From a bacterium (GTDB taxonomy: Bacteria; Zhuqueibacterota; Zhuqueibacteria; Zhuqueibacterales; Zhuqueibacteraceae), in NCBI GenBank assembly GCA_044869275.1, contig JBIOXB010000120.1, positions 1 to 32,712 on the forward strand: DNA of 32,712 bases, read 5' to 3'. Position 1 is the first letter of the stretch; every line of letters starts with the position of its first letter. Under the pieces are notes generated by a model. The model had not been told where the DNA came from. It made no database searches and saw nothing but the letters and a program-made list of their open reading frames with translations. Below, in pieces: positions 18,168-28,522 of this stretch. The translations under genes and the position numbers were made by a program.

Positions 18168-19478
18168 TCAGAAATCCGGATTCTGCCACCATTGCCCCTT
18201 GTTGTAGACCCCGAAAATCTGGCCGGTCAATTCCGCGCCGTGAAACGGAGTATTGCGCGACTTGGAATAGAAGCGATTGCGATCGACATGCCATTTCTTG
18301 TCCAGCGAAAAAAGCGTGAGATTCGCGGGCAGGCCTTCTTTGATTTGCGCCAGCGGCAGGTTTAGTATTTTCCGTGGCGCGGCTGTCACTTTGGCAACGG
18401 CGTGCAATAGTGAAAGTTTTCGCGACTGCACCAGATGCGTCAGGATCAGTCCCAGCGCAGTTTCGAGTCCGACGATGCCGAACGGTGCGGCGGTGTATTC
18501 CAATTCCTTTTCTTCCGCAGCATGCGGCGCGTGATCGGTGGCGATCACCGCGATGGTATCATCCTGCAAACCTGCGATCACCGCGGCGACGTCGTCCGCA
18601 GAGCGCAAGGGGGGGTTCATTTTCGTATTGGTGTCATAACCGGCGACGGCGTCGTGCGTGAGACAAAAGTGATGCGGCGTCACTTCGCACGTAACCCGCA
18701 AGCCGCGGCGCTGGGCCTGGCGCACCAATTCAATCGCGCCACGGGAAGAAATGTGCGCAATGTGCACGTGCTGGCCGGTGTATTCCGCCAGCAGAATATC
18801 GCGCGCGACGATGATATCCTCCGCGACCGAAGGCAAGCCCGGCAAGCCGAGCTGCGTCGCCATCACGCCTTCGTTCATCGCGCCGCCCAGGCACATGTTA
18901 GCGTCTTCGGCGTGCTCGATGACGGGACGCCCGAACATGCCGGCATATTCCAGCGCGCGTCGCGCCAATTCCGCCGTGGCGATGGCGCAGCCATCATCCG
19001 AAAAAGCCACGGCCCCGGCTTGCGCCAGCTCCGCCATCTCCGCCAATTCTTTGCCTTCACGTCCCTTCGTGGCAGCGGCGATGGGATACACCTCGACCAT
19101 GGTCTTCTCCCCTTGGTGTATGAGTGCCTCGACGATCTCACGCTTGTCCACAACGGGCGAAGTGTTGGGCATCGTGCACACGCCGGTGAAGCCTCCCGCG
19201 GCCGCGGCCGCACAGCCGGTGAGCACGGTTTCCTCGTCTTCCCGCCCGGGCTCGCGAAAATGCACGTGCATATCGAACCAGCCCGGCGTCAAAACCAAAT
19301 CTTTCACAGGAATGCGCTCATAATCGAGCGAAGCGGTGAGGCCTGGCGCGAGGCGTTTGAAGCGCCCATTTTCGATCAACACATCGAGCACTTGATCGAT
19401 TTTCAAATCCGCATCCAGCACGCGCGCGCCTTGAATCAGAAGACGGTCAGCAGGTTTGGCAACGAAGGATCGGGGCAT
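18168..19478 (-). CDS. pyrC: Dihydroorotase (type I)
   Basis: DMHVHFREPG, MPNT.PVVD, AFSDDG, KMNPPLR, TDHAPH and SKSRNTPF motifs. Confidence 0.93.
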   Translation of the reverse strand: MPRSFVAKPADRLLIQGARVLDADLKIDQVLDVLIENGRFKRLAPGLTASLDYERIPVKDLVLTPGWFDMHVHFREPGREDEETVLTGCAAAAAGGFTGVCTMPNTSPVVDKREIVEALIHQGEKTMVEVYPIAAATKGREGKELAEMAELAQAGAVAFSDDGCAIATAELARRALEYAGMFGRPVIEHAEDANMCLGGAMNEGVMATQLGLPGLPSVAEDIIVARDILLAEYTGQHVHIAHISSRGAIELVRQAQRRGLRVTCEVTPHHFCLTHDAVAGYDTNTKMNPPLRSADDVAAVIAGLQDDTIAVIATDHAPHAAEEKELEYTAAPFGIVGLETALGLILTHLVQSRKLSLLHAVAKVTAAPRKILNLPLAQIKEGLPANLTLFSLDKKWHVDRNRFYSKSRNTPFHGAELTGQIFGVYNKGQWWQNPDF

Positions 19479-19581
19479 AACTTGGAAGCCGGATATATTC
19501 AGAAGCGCATCGTCAAGTCAAATCTCGTCTTATAACTTGACACAAATTCCCTCGAATTGCAACGACTTTTTTGCACGGCGA

Positions 19582-20940
19582 TCATTTCACCACCATGATC
19601 TTCCGCAACGCTTGAAATCCGCCGGCGGAAAAATTGATCCAATAAATTCCGGTGGAGATTCTTTTGCCGCTGGCATCCACGCCATTCCATGCCACTTCGT
19701 GCTGGCCGGCGGGCAGTGGGGCTTGCTTCAAGCTCGCGATTTTCCGGCCGAGCGCGTCGTGCACCTCGAGCGAGACGAATGCGGGCTGCGGCAGGTTGAA
19801 ACGAATGGTCGTTGCGCGTGCGCCCGCACTCAGCGAAAAAGGATTGGGATAATTTTGCGCCAGCTCGAATTGCAGCGGCCTTTCCTCGCGGTCCGCAACG
19901 CCGGTGGGCGAGAAGGTGGTGAAGCTGTCAATCGCGCTGGGCACGGCCGGCGTGAAGCCGTCGAATGTCACGACGCGCCAGTAATAACGCCGCCCCGGTT
20001 TGATGGAATCGTTTGGAATGGCAAAGGAAGTGTTCGTGGTTCGTCCGCTGTCAATTTGTGCAGTGAGCGCGCGCAGCGTGCCGTAGATCACGAGATAAGA
20101 CAGCGCATCGCCGTCGGGGTCGGCGGAAGCCCGCCACTGCAATGAAACCTCGAGTGTATCGACGCGCGCATCGCCGATGGGCGAAAGCAGCACGGCGGCG
20201 CTGGGGCGATCTTGCACCGCTAGAACTTCCACCGTGACCAAGGCGGTATCGCTCGCACCAAGCGGATCGCGTACGATGAAGGTGAATGCTTCTGCGCCGG
20301 ACCAATCCGCCGCCGGCGTGAACTGCGCGACGTTGCCTGGCAGCAGCGCGGCGGTAATATTTTGCCCTCCGGAGAGCGTCCAAGCCAGTGTGGCATCCGG
20401 GTGATTTTCATCGATCACATGGGCGTTCAAATTCAAGATAAAACTGCCATCTTCATCGAAAGAGTACTTTTCGCCCAAATCCATGCGCGGAGCGAAGTTG
20501 GCTTGCAGGCTCAGAATGACTTGCGCGTAAGGGCCGTCGCCAAACGTGCCGTTGCCTCGTACATAGCTGGTATTCATCACAAATTCGTTTTGACTGGAGA
20601 TGTCCCACACGCGGAAGGTGATGAGTTCGCCGTCGCGATAACCGTCGATGGCCGGCGTGATGGAATCATCCTGCCAGGCGGTGAGCAGAATATTACTGGT
20701 GCTTTGCACCACGCTTGCGCCCACACAGAGCCCGGCAGGGGTAAAGGCGCCGATCTCGTCGCCGTTTTCCAGCGGCACCTCGTTCAGCGCCGCGCTTTGC
20801 ACCACCAGGGCGTAGCTGTCTTCGGTGTTGGCTTTGAAAACGAAATGGCCCTGGGCAAAGCCGGCCAGCGGAATCAGCCCGGCCAAGAAACAAATCAAAC
20901 TCTTGCGAGGCGCGGCGGCAAAGTTTTGATGATATTTCAT
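19582..20940 (-). CDS. Secreted multidomain protein (GDEIG domain, cadherin-like Ig, FN3-like) with FlgD-Ig/T9SS-type C-terminal domain
   Basis: GAGGAG RBS before ATG 20940 and a signal peptide. NFAP...DEDG and ASADPDGD motifs. C-terminus QNYPNPF...WNGVDASG...GIY...KIMVVK. Confidence 0.88.
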   Translation of the reverse strand: MKYHQNFAAAPRKSLICFLAGLIPLAGFAQGHFVFKANTEDSYALVVQSAALNEVPLENGDEIGAFTPAGLCVGASVVQSTSNILLTAWQDDSITPAIDGYRDGELITFRVWDISSQNEFVMNTSYVRGNGTFGDGPYAQVILSLQANFAPRMDLGEKYSFDEDGSFILNLNAHVIDENHPDATLAWTLSGGQNITAALLPGNVAQFTPAADWSGAEAFTFIVRDPLGASDTALVTVEVLAVQDRPSAAVLLSPIGDARVDTLEVSLQWRASADPDGDALSYLVIYGTLRALTAQIDSGRTTNTSFAIPNDSIKPGRRYYWRVVTFDGFTPAVPSAIDSFTTFSPTGVADREERPLQFELAQNYPNPFSLSAGARATTIRFNLPQPAFVSLEVHDALGRKIASLKQAPLPAGQHEVAWNGVDASGKRISTGIYWINFSAGGFQALRKIMVVK

Positions 20941-21136
20941 ATTCTCCTCATTGAAGATCGCTGCTCTGATGAAGGCGGTCGGCGGAACAAACACAAAAAC
21001 CCCAAAAGTTTACGCACAAACTTAGCGCTGAATGAGGTGCTGCAATTGCCGGCTTGACGGCAAGATCGAAATGAAGCTTTGGAGATGATGCGCAGATCAT
21101 GGTTCAGCCCGGCCTGTGCCACCTGCTTGCGGCAAG

Positions 21137-23857
21137 TCATTGGGCGTGCGCCGGCCCAAAAAACACTGCATTAAAAAAGAGCAGATTCAACCCATCCATG
21201 AAGGCGCGGTAGTTCGGGTCCTCCGCAAATGCGATAACCTGGCCGCCGCCGTGTGCCTGATACATGATGCACGCCTTGTTGGCGATCTGCTTGCGTGAAG
21301 CTTCCCAAGCAAAACCGCTGACCAGCACTTTGTCTTCCGGCAAATAGACGGCGAGGTTCACACCCTTATCCAGCTTCAACGGCGTGAAAATGTTTTTACT
21401 CTCCACCATCACGTTGGCGAAACCGTGGTAGCCCGCTGTCATCCAATGGAGGTTTTCGAGCTGTACGCGCATCACTGCGCCGGGGGTGCGCTCGGGCAGT
21501 TCTTCTTCGGGTTGAATGCCTTGCAGCAAATCATAGGATCCTGCCGCGGTGCGCGCTGCCGGTGGCGCGTCTTCTTCCTTTTTATCCTTCTCGCTCTTGC
21601 GCTCGGGCTTGCCGCTGCGTAGCTCGCGCGAAGTGGCGAGCAGATTCACTTTTTCCTCGGTGAGCCAGTGCGTGGCCTCGCCGATGGTGATCAGCGTGCC
21701 GCCACTCTGCATCCACGTTTTCAAGAGCTGCGCGCCGGATTCGCCCAATACTTTCGAGTAGCCGCCCAGCGCCCCCGTGCCGTCAGGTAAGATGATCACG
21801 TTGTAATCCTTGAGAGCGGCGGATTCCAATTGCCAGGTGTGAATGATCGTTACCGGATAGCCGTACATTTGTTCCAAGAGATAACGCGTCCAACCGGCGG
21901 CCAGCGCGCTGGTGGGCATGCTGTATGCCAGCGCGATTTTCGGCGGTTTGAGATAATGCACGTAATTGCTGCCAAAATTCACGCCCGCCGCAACCCAGGA
22001 GTCATGCACCGCAAAAACCTCGACGCCGTGCGCCGCGGCGAGCTTCTGCATGCGCTCGAACAAATCCTCCGGGTTATCTCTCGTTTTGACCAGCAGCGTG
22101 CCGCGGGGGAAGGCGCCGCTGGCATGCGTGAACTCCTTGTCGAGAGTGTGCACACGAATTTTCTGTTGCAGCAAATCGGCCAGGGCCGCTGCGACGTTGT
22201 TCCGGCCCCATGCCAGCAGGTAACCCAGGTGCGCCTTGCCCCCGATCACTTTCCCGCTCACCAGCGGCGCTTGCGTGAGCACACTAAATTTTCCCTGTGC
22301 AGATTGTTCGGCGGTGTAGCATTCGACATCGTAGAGCAACGGCAAAGACCAGCCGGTGACGTCGTAAATTTCATCACCCTGGCGCTTGTCCAGGCGCAGC
22401 CGTTGTTGCTTGATGAACGCCGAATCCATGTCGGTGTGGCGGTCCATCAAAGTTCTCAACAAGCGCTTCGCCGGCTGGGCCAGCGAGATCACGAAAGTGC
22501 CGGCGGCAAAGTTTTTCGCTTGCAGTTTCTGGTCATAATAATCGCGCACGCGCGGATGTGAAAAACCTTCTTCCGCACGCTGCACTTCGATGCCCTGTTG
22601 CATCAAAAGCGAGACCAGCTTGGCCGCGCGCGAGGGGTCATGCCCCGATGCGACCAAGTATTCCTTTACGGTTTCTTTGGCGCCTTCGGTGATTGCGCTG
22701 CGGCGATACTCGTAAAAATGGCGCAGCATTTCCTCGCGATGCCTGGCCGTCATTTCGGCGGTCGCGAGCGAGGCGATGAAGTGGTGCTGCACCGCGTCGC
22801 GGTAATGCAATAAGGTTTCATCCTGCCGGCGGATCACCAGCCCGTCGGCACCGGCTTGCTCGTAGGTCATGCCGATGGCGCCTTGAAAAATCGGCCAGCC
22901 CTCGCCGTAGCCGGGATAAAAAGAATCGAAGATCTCGCGTGTGAAGTAATCGAAGCGGAAGCGGTCGAACCATTTCGCGTTGTTTTGTCCGAAGCGCGCC
23001 AGCCATTCCCGCTGCCCTTGCGTCAAATTGGGATTGAGCGGCGCGGCCGGTGGTGCGAAATAATAGGTTTGATTGTATCCCATCTCGTGCAAATCGACGA
23101 ACACTTGGGGATACCATTCCAGAAAGATGCGCGTGCGGCCGCGCGTTTCCGGCTGTGTGTTCGCAAACCAGTCGCGATTCATATCGAAGAGATAATGATT
23201 CGATCTTCCCGAAGGCCACAGCTCGTTGTGCTCCGCGGCCTGCGGATCGGGGTCGGGCCAGCGGCTTTGGGTCTGGCGCAAGTAAGTGACGTAGCGATCT
23301 CGGCCGTCGGGGTTCTCGATCGCATCGATGATCACAACGGTGTGCGTGAGAATTCTTTGCGCCAAGGAATCGTTCTGGGCCGCGACGAGATGATAGGCCA
23401 GCAGCAAAGCCGCATCGGTGCTGGAAATCTCGTTGCCGTGCACGGCATAGGTCAGCCAGGTGATCGCCGGGAGTTTGCCGATGAGATCCTGCGCTTCCGG
23501 CTCCGGGAGTTTGCGCGGATCGGCCAGGCGCTGTATGCCGCTTTTGATCTCGGCCACGCGCGCGAGATTTTCCGGAGAAGCTATGACGAGATAATACAAC
23601 GCGCGGCCCTCCCAGGTTTCGCCGTAGCGCACCAATTGCGCGCGCGGCGTGGCCTGGGACAGAGCGTGCAGATAGCGCTCGGCTTCGTGATGCATGGTGA
23701 TGCGCTCGGCCCAAGCATGCCCCACAATTTTTTGCAGCGTCGGAATCGCCGGATCATAACGGGCGCCGGGATAGAATTCGAAGGATTGCGCGTAGAGAAG
23801 AGAGACGGTGGTGAAGAGATAAGTTGTTGAGCAAATCATCCGGCGTTTAGCCGCCAT
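21137..23857 (-). CDS. Secreted M14-family zinc carboxypeptidase-like protein
   Basis: VHGNE zinc motif, NPDGRDR, DMNRDW and DLHEM. Signal peptide and GGAGG RBS. Confidence 0.9.
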   Translation of the reverse strand: MAAKRRMICSTTYLFTTVSLLYAQSFEFYPGARYDPAIPTLQKIVGHAWAERITMHHEAERYLHALSQATPRAQLVRYGETWEGRALYYLVIASPENLARVAEIKSGIQRLADPRKLPEPEAQDLIGKLPAITWLTYAVHGNEISSTDAALLLAYHLVAAQNDSLAQRILTHTVVIIDAIENPDGRDRYVTYLRQTQSRWPDPDPQAAEHNELWPSGRSNHYLFDMNRDWFANTQPETRGRTRIFLEWYPQVFVDLHEMGYNQTYYFAPPAAPLNPNLTQGQREWLARFGQNNAKWFDRFRFDYFTREIFDSFYPGYGEGWPIFQGAIGMTYEQAGADGLVIRRQDETLLHYRDAVQHHFIASLATAEMTARHREEMLRHFYEYRRSAITEGAKETVKEYLVASGHDPSRAAKLVSLLMQQGIEVQRAEEGFSHPRVRDYYDQKLQAKNFAAGTFVISLAQPAKRLLRTLMDRHTDMDSAFIKQQRLRLDKRQGDEIYDVTGWSLPLLYDVECYTAEQSAQGKFSVLTQAPLVSGKVIGGKAHLGYLLAWGRNNVAAALADLLQQKIRVHTLDKEFTHASGAFPRGTLLVKTRDNPEDLFERMQKLAAAHGVEVFAVHDSWVAAGVNFGSNYVHYLKPPKIALAYSMPTSALAAGWTRYLLEQMYGYPVTIIHTWQLESAALKDYNVIILPDGTGALGGYSKVLGESGAQLLKTWMQSGGTLITIGEATHWLTEEKVNLLATSRELRSGKPERKSEKDKKEEDAPPAARTAAGSYDLLQGIQPEEELPERTPGAVMRVQLENLHWMTAGYHGFANVMVESKNIFTPLKLDKGVNLAVYLPEDKVLVSGFAWEASRKQIANKACIMYQAHGGGQVIAFAEDPNYRAFMDGLNLLFFNAVFFGPAHAQ

Positions 23858-23892
23858 TGCTTTTCCTCCCGCACAGCTTTGATAGTTTTCAG

Positions 23893-23934
23893 ATGATCAA
23901 TTGATCATTGACAATTGCCAATGAGGAATCGGCA
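23893..23934. repeat. Degenerate heptamer tandem repeat (ATTGACA-like)
   Basis: ATGATCA ATTGATC ATTGACA ATTGCCA ATGAGGA ATCGGCA, immediately after the yjbQ stop. Confidence 0.55.
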
Positions 23935-23936
23935 AT

Positions 23937-24356
23937 TCATTCTCCGATAAGATGTAGCATCACCTGCCGGCGATGCGCATGCGTGCGATGCTCGTACAAA
24001 TAAATTCCCTGCCACGTGCCCAGCGCCGGCTTGCCGTTTTGCACGGGGAGGCTCAGCGTCGTCGCGGTGAGCGCGGCGCGCACATGCGCCGGCATGTCAT
24101 CCGGGCCTTCGCTGGTGTGGTGAAAAAGCGGATCGCCGTAGGGCACGAGGCGCTGAAAGAACCTCTCCAAATCGCGCCGCACCTCGGGATCGGCATTCTC
24201 TTGGATCAACAACGAAGCCGAGGTGTGCTGCACGAAAACCGTGAGCACGCCGGTTTTGATTTTTGCTGCCGCGACAAACGCAAAAACCTCTTCGGTGCAT
24301 TCATACAAGCCGGCTTGTGAAGTGGCAATAGTTATCGTTTTCGATGCTTGTCGCAT
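23937..24356 (-). CDS. yjbQ: YjbQ/UPF0047 family protein (secondary thiamine-phosphate synthase)
   Basis: HTSASL..QENADP, EGPDDMPAH and LGTWQGIYLYEHR motifs. Confidence 0.92.
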   Translation of the reverse strand: MRQASKTITIATSQAGLYECTEEVFAFVAAAKIKTGVLTVFVQHTSASLLIQENADPEVRRDLERFFQRLVPYGDPLFHHTSEGPDDMPAHVRAALTATTLSLPVQNGKPALGTWQGIYLYEHRTHAHRRQVMLHLIGE

Positions 24357-24373
24357 GTCGAGCCAGCTCCAAA

Positions 24374-24480
24374 CGGAGTGTTGGAGTGATGGATTATTGG
24401 ATCAATGGATCATTGAAAAATGACTTCCTCCATCAATCCAACACTCCATTAATCCAACACTCCAACACTCCATCAATCCA
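24374..24480. repeat. Inverted octamer tandem-repeat hairpin
   Basis: Five TGGAKTRW-like units (24374-24413) and seven ACACTCCA/TCAATCCA-like units (24425-24480). Same family as 2269-2358. Confidence 0.88.
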
Positions 24481-24481
24481 T

Positions 24482-27400
24482 TTACATCACAATCAGTTTT
24501 TTCACCGCCTGAAATTTTCCCGCATTCATGCGATAGAAATAGACGCCCGCCGCCACACGCCCGCCGCGCTGGTCGAAGCCGTTCCATTTCACCGCATAAA
24601 AGCCGGGCTCCTGGCGCTCGTCGCGCAAGGTTTGCACAAGCTGGCCGAGCATGTTGTAGACGCGAATCGTGACCTGGCCGGGTTCCGGCAGCGCGTAGCT
24701 GATCGTCGTTTGGGCGTTCGTGCCGGGCTGGCGCTCATGCGCGGCAAAGGGATTGGGATAATTTTGCTGCAGCGAGAAAGTCTGCGGTACGGCACCGGCG
24801 GCCAATTCCACCAAAGCAAAAGCGCCACTTTCAAAAGTGCCCTCGCCGCGGAAGAATTTGGTTTCGGCCTCGAATTCCTGCGCCACTTCATGCCGCCAGA
24901 TTTTGAAGCGCATCGGCGTGCCGGGCTCGTAGCCGGCAATCGGTGCAGAGGCACCGGAGATTTTTCCCTCCGCGCGCCACGTCGCGATGCCGAGCGCGCC
25001 CTGTGCGGGCCACAAGCCCGCGCCCACAAGTTCTCCGACGGCGGTAAAAACCCCAATCTCGTCGCCGGCTTTAAGCGAGATATTGTTTATCTTCGCCGCT
25101 TGTACGACCACGATGTAGCTGTCGCTGCTCCGCCGCAGGCCGGTAAAATGTTTGGGCGCGGCAGTGGGCGTTGCCAGCATCTGCTTGCCCAAACCGCTGG
25201 CGGTCGGGCCCAGCGGATAAACCAGCGTGTCCGGTGCATTCAAATAAAGCTTGTAGCCCGCGCCGGGTTTCAAATCGCCGATGCTGTTGAGCATGCCAAC
25301 CGCCGGGATGAAAAATTGCCCGGCGTCGTTCTTCGCGATTTCGAGTTTGTCGAGAATGGCCACCAAAGCCTGCGCGGCCGGAACGTTCGCGCCCGGCAGG
25401 TAGCTCACGAAGTTCCATCCCGCTTGCAAGGGAATCGGCGTGAACGGCGGAACTTCTTCGCCGCTGATGGTCGCGGAATCGTGAGCCGCGAGATAAACGC
25501 TGTAGCCTTCCAAGGTGTTCAACGCACCAATGGTATTCACCAAGCCGGGAATATAAGCCTCGCCCGCGCCGTTCTTGGCAATTTGCAGTTGTTGCGTACC
25601 TGCAAACACGGCCTCCATACTGGGATTCTCGGGCTGCACATTGAAGCTGATCCAGCTCCAATTCGCCGCGAGCTGTTTGCTGCGCGTGAAATTCGTTTGC
25701 GCGGCGAGGGCGGAGACGTGCGCTGAATCCGCGGTGCCAAACTTGCCATCGCCCCGAATGAAGCTCGCCATTGCCGGATAATCGCGATTGTTGCGGCTGC
25801 TATCCCACACGCGGAAATACATGGTCTCGCCCGAAGCGAAACCATCGATTTTCGGCGTGCCCGGGTCATCGCCAAACGCCAGCAAGCGCGCCGGCGTGTT
25901 GCGCTGCCACACCACGGTGCCCGCGAGTTTGCCGGCGGGTGTGAACACGCCGATCTCGTCGCCCGTGGCGAGCGGTGCATTGTTGAGGGTCGCCTGGTCG
26001 ATGCGGATCACGTATCGCACCGCGGTTTTGTCAATGGGCGGAAAATGAATCGTCGAATCGCCCACGGCCAGCACTTCCAACAAAAGCTGCACCGCAACGC
26101 TGGGCTCGTCAAAATCGTTGCTTTCAATGCGCAGCTCGGCAACATAAGTTGAATCCGGTTGCAGGCCGGCCGCATTGAAATGCACCTGGATATTCTCCAG
26201 GCTGGTGCTGTTGACCACGCCGGTTCTCGGCGCGTAGCTCAGCCAGCTCGCCGGGCGTTCAATCTCGACCGCCAGATTGTTCTGCACATAATCGGTGTTG
26301 AAGGCCACTTCAACGCCGTCCGAGCCGTCGTGATTTTGAATGCCAATGGTGGCGAAGTTGCTCGGTGCGCCGGTTTGCAGATATTGAAAACGAATATTGC
26401 CGTTCGGTGTAAGCATGATTTGAAACGTGAACGGCGTGCCTCCGCCCGCGCGCTTCACGTTGTGCCATTGCACAATCAACTTGTGGCCATCGCTGAAATA
26501 ATACACCGCGCCACTGCGCGCGTCGAGATCATCCCAAAATCCCGCGATGACATCGAAAAGTCCATCGCTGGGAAGGGGATTGTTGCTGAAGGCGCTGGAA
26601 CGGCTGGTAAATGAAATGAAGCCGTTACTGCACACGCGAAACTTGGTGAAAACGGAATCATAAAAAGGGAACGCAAAGCCGATATTGAAAGGCCCGACGT
26701 TGTCATCGTCGCCGACGTCCAGAACGCGCGTGCCCTGGGTTGAAATATCTTCCCAGTCGAACTCTGGGCCTTTGGGATCGTTGTTGTCGCGCCAAATGTA
26801 GCCGAAAAGATCCGGGCCGCCGTGTCCTTGCACCTGCGGCATGCCCTGCCGTAAATCAGCCTGGTCCTTGGCGAGCGAAGCGCCATAATAAGACTCCGGA
26901 TAAACCGCGGTATGGACGGCTGCATTTTGAAATTCCGGCGGCACGATTCGAACGCGATAAAACAAATCGCCCACGCCCAGATTGTGGATGCTGAAGCCAC
27001 GAGCGGTGGAATCACCCTCGAATAGCTTCAGCGTCATGGCCGTGGGTGTGATCGCGATATCCGGGGGTGCGAACACCTCGAGGCGAAGATCATCCACGAA
27101 CCAATCGTCGCGGTCCTCGGCGCCAATGTTACGAATGCGCAGGCGGAAATTACGATGGTATGCGGCCGGCGGCAGCGCCGTTTCACTGCGCGTGAAGAAT
27201 GGCAGGCCGCCCTCGCTGCCGGGATGGCGCGCCAATTCAATCCAATTGTTTTGCGCGTCGCGGAACTCGAACACCAGATCGTCGCCGGTGTCCGGCTCTT
27301 CGCCGCTGCCGGTTTGCTCGAAATAATAGGTCAACGCCACCGCATTTTCACCGGAGAGGTCGATCGGCACAGTTTGCACCACGCTGCCGCCGGGCAAATT

Positions 27401-28522
27401 CAACGCCGCCGGCGGGCTGATCATGTTGACTGCGCGCGCGTTGATCTCACCGCCGGAGTTTTGCGGCCATTGGTTGGGGTCGAGGGTCGCGCCGGAAAAA
27501 TCATCCGCAAATGGAAGGTGGCCCGGCTCGATGTCGAGCAAACGAATATCGTCAACATACCAATCGTCAAATGGACCGGGCGTGGCGAAATTGCCGAAGC
27601 GCACGCGAAAACTGCTATGATAGGCGTCCGGCGGCAAAATCGTGGATTCGAATGCAAACCCGGACATATTCGGCCCGGCACCGGGCAGCCGCAACAGCGG
27701 CAGCCATTCGCCATCGACATTGTAGTATTCGACGAACAAATCATCGGCCGGCTCGGGGGTGTTGCCGTTGCCGCCGCGCTGATAAGCGAATTGCAGCACG
27801 ACGTCGTTCTTGCGGCTGAGATTGACCGGCTGCGATTGCAGCAAATCCCCACCGTTGTTGGCACCGTCAAATTTCATTGCATACGGCGGCGAAGGCGCGT
27901 TCACGACATCGGTCCTAATTGCCGCCGGGCCGAAATTCTCCGGCCAGCGCAGAGTACTCAGCGTGACCGAGGGGAAAGTTTCAACGAATGGCAGTTCCGC
28001 CGCCGGGCCGAGCGAAGTGGTGGGAATCAATGCCGAGTCGCGCGTGGCGGCATTGCTCGCGGAAACCACCGCCACGAACATACTGTCGCGCACGCCGCGT
28101 GCCGCATTGCTTGGCACTTCGAGCTGGATCACGAGTGTGAGTTGCTCCCCGCCCAAAACCGGACCCGTGCCCGTTATTTTGGTGGAAGAATCGGCTGAAA
28201 GCAATGTGACTGGCCAGGCATTGCCGCGCGCGGACAATTTATACGTGTCCGTTTGCTCGCTGAGATTGGATACGGTCATCACGTAATAAATCGCGTGGCC
28301 CGCAGCCGCGTCGCGGCGTATGGGTGCCGGTGTGATGCGCACGGTTTCTTGCGTGCCGGCATGTTCATGAGAAGTGAAACCTGGTTCTCCTGTGCCAGCT
28401 TGCGTTGCCGAAACGTCCTGAGAAAAAGATTGCAAAGGGGAGATGAAAATCAGGGATGCCGAAAAGCAGAGCAATGCAAGATGCTGGTAGCAAAAAGCTT
28501 GCATGCCACGATGAGCAGGCAT
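24482..28522 (-). CDS. Large secreted multidomain protein (two jelly-roll-like repeats, GGPD.FGY domain, two GDEIG domains) with FlgD-Ig/T9SS-type C-terminal domain
   Basis: AAGGAGG RBS before ATG 28522 and a signal-like segment. DDWYVDD/DDWFVDD repeats. C-terminus QNYPNPF...WNGFDQRG..VAAGVYFYR...KKLIVM. Confidence 0.88.
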   Translation of the reverse strand: MPAHRGMQAFCYQHLALLCFSASLIFISPLQSFSQDVSATQAGTGEPGFTSHEHAGTQETVRITPAPIRRDAAAGHAIYYVMTVSNLSEQTDTYKLSARGNAWPVTLLSADSSTKITGTGPVLGGEQLTLVIQLEVPSNAARGVRDSMFVAVVSASNAATRDSALIPTTSLGPAAELPFVETFPSVTLSTLRWPENFGPAAIRTDVVNAPSPPYAMKFDGANNGGDLLQSQPVNLSRKNDVVLQFAYQRGGNGNTPEPADDLFVEYYNVDGEWLPLLRLPGAGPNMSGFAFESTILPPDAYHSSFRVRFGNFATPGPFDDWYVDDIRLLDIEPGHLPFADDFSGATLDPNQWPQNSGGEINARAVNMISPPAALNLPGGSVVQTVPIDLSGENAVALTYYFEQTGSGEEPDTGDDLVFEFRDAQNNWIELARHPGSEGGLPFFTRSETALPPAAYHRNFRLRIRNIGAEDRDDWFVDDLRLEVFAPPDIAITPTAMTLKLFEGDSTARGFSIHNLGVGDLFYRVRIVPPEFQNAAVHTAVYPESYYGASLAKDQADLRQGMPQVQGHGGPDLFGYIWRDNNDPKGPEFDWEDISTQGTRVLDVGDDDNVGPFNIGFAFPFYDSVFTKFRVCSNGFISFTSRSSAFSNNPLPSDGLFDVIAGFWDDLDARSGAVYYFSDGHKLIVQWHNVKRAGGGTPFTFQIMLTPNGNIRFQYLQTGAPSNFATIGIQNHDGSDGVEVAFNTDYVQNNLAVEIERPASWLSYAPRTGVVNSTSLENIQVHFNAAGLQPDSTYVAELRIESNDFDEPSVAVQLLLEVLAVGDSTIHFPPIDKTAVRYVIRIDQATLNNAPLATGDEIGVFTPAGKLAGTVVWQRNTPARLLAFGDDPGTPKIDGFASGETMYFRVWDSSRNNRDYPAMASFIRGDGKFGTADSAHVSALAAQTNFTRSKQLAANWSWISFNVQPENPSMEAVFAGTQQLQIAKNGAGEAYIPGLVNTIGALNTLEGYSVYLAAHDSATISGEEVPPFTPIPLQAGWNFVSYLPGANVPAAQALVAILDKLEIAKNDAGQFFIPAVGMLNSIGDLKPGAGYKLYLNAPDTLVYPLGPTASGLGKQMLATPTAAPKHFTGLRRSSDSYIVVVQAAKINNISLKAGDEIGVFTAVGELVGAGLWPAQGALGIATWRAEGKISGASAPIAGYEPGTPMRFKIWRHEVAQEFEAETKFFRGEGTFESGAFALVELAAGAVPQTFSLQQNYPNPFAAHERQPGTNAQTTISYALPEPGQVTIRVYNMLGQLVQTLRDERQEPGFYAVKWNGFDQRGGRVAAGVYFYRMNAGKFQAVKKLIVM

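Noticed and set aside
18154..18294. Extended agmatinase start
   Set aside because: Overlaps pyrC by more than 120 nt. ATG 18153 has an RBS and a typical N-terminus.
21106..21121. sigma54-like TGGCACAGGCCGGGC upstream of the 20940 gene
   Set aside because: GG-N10-GC spacing fits but the -12 context (GGGC) is poor, and such matches are expected by chance at this GC content.
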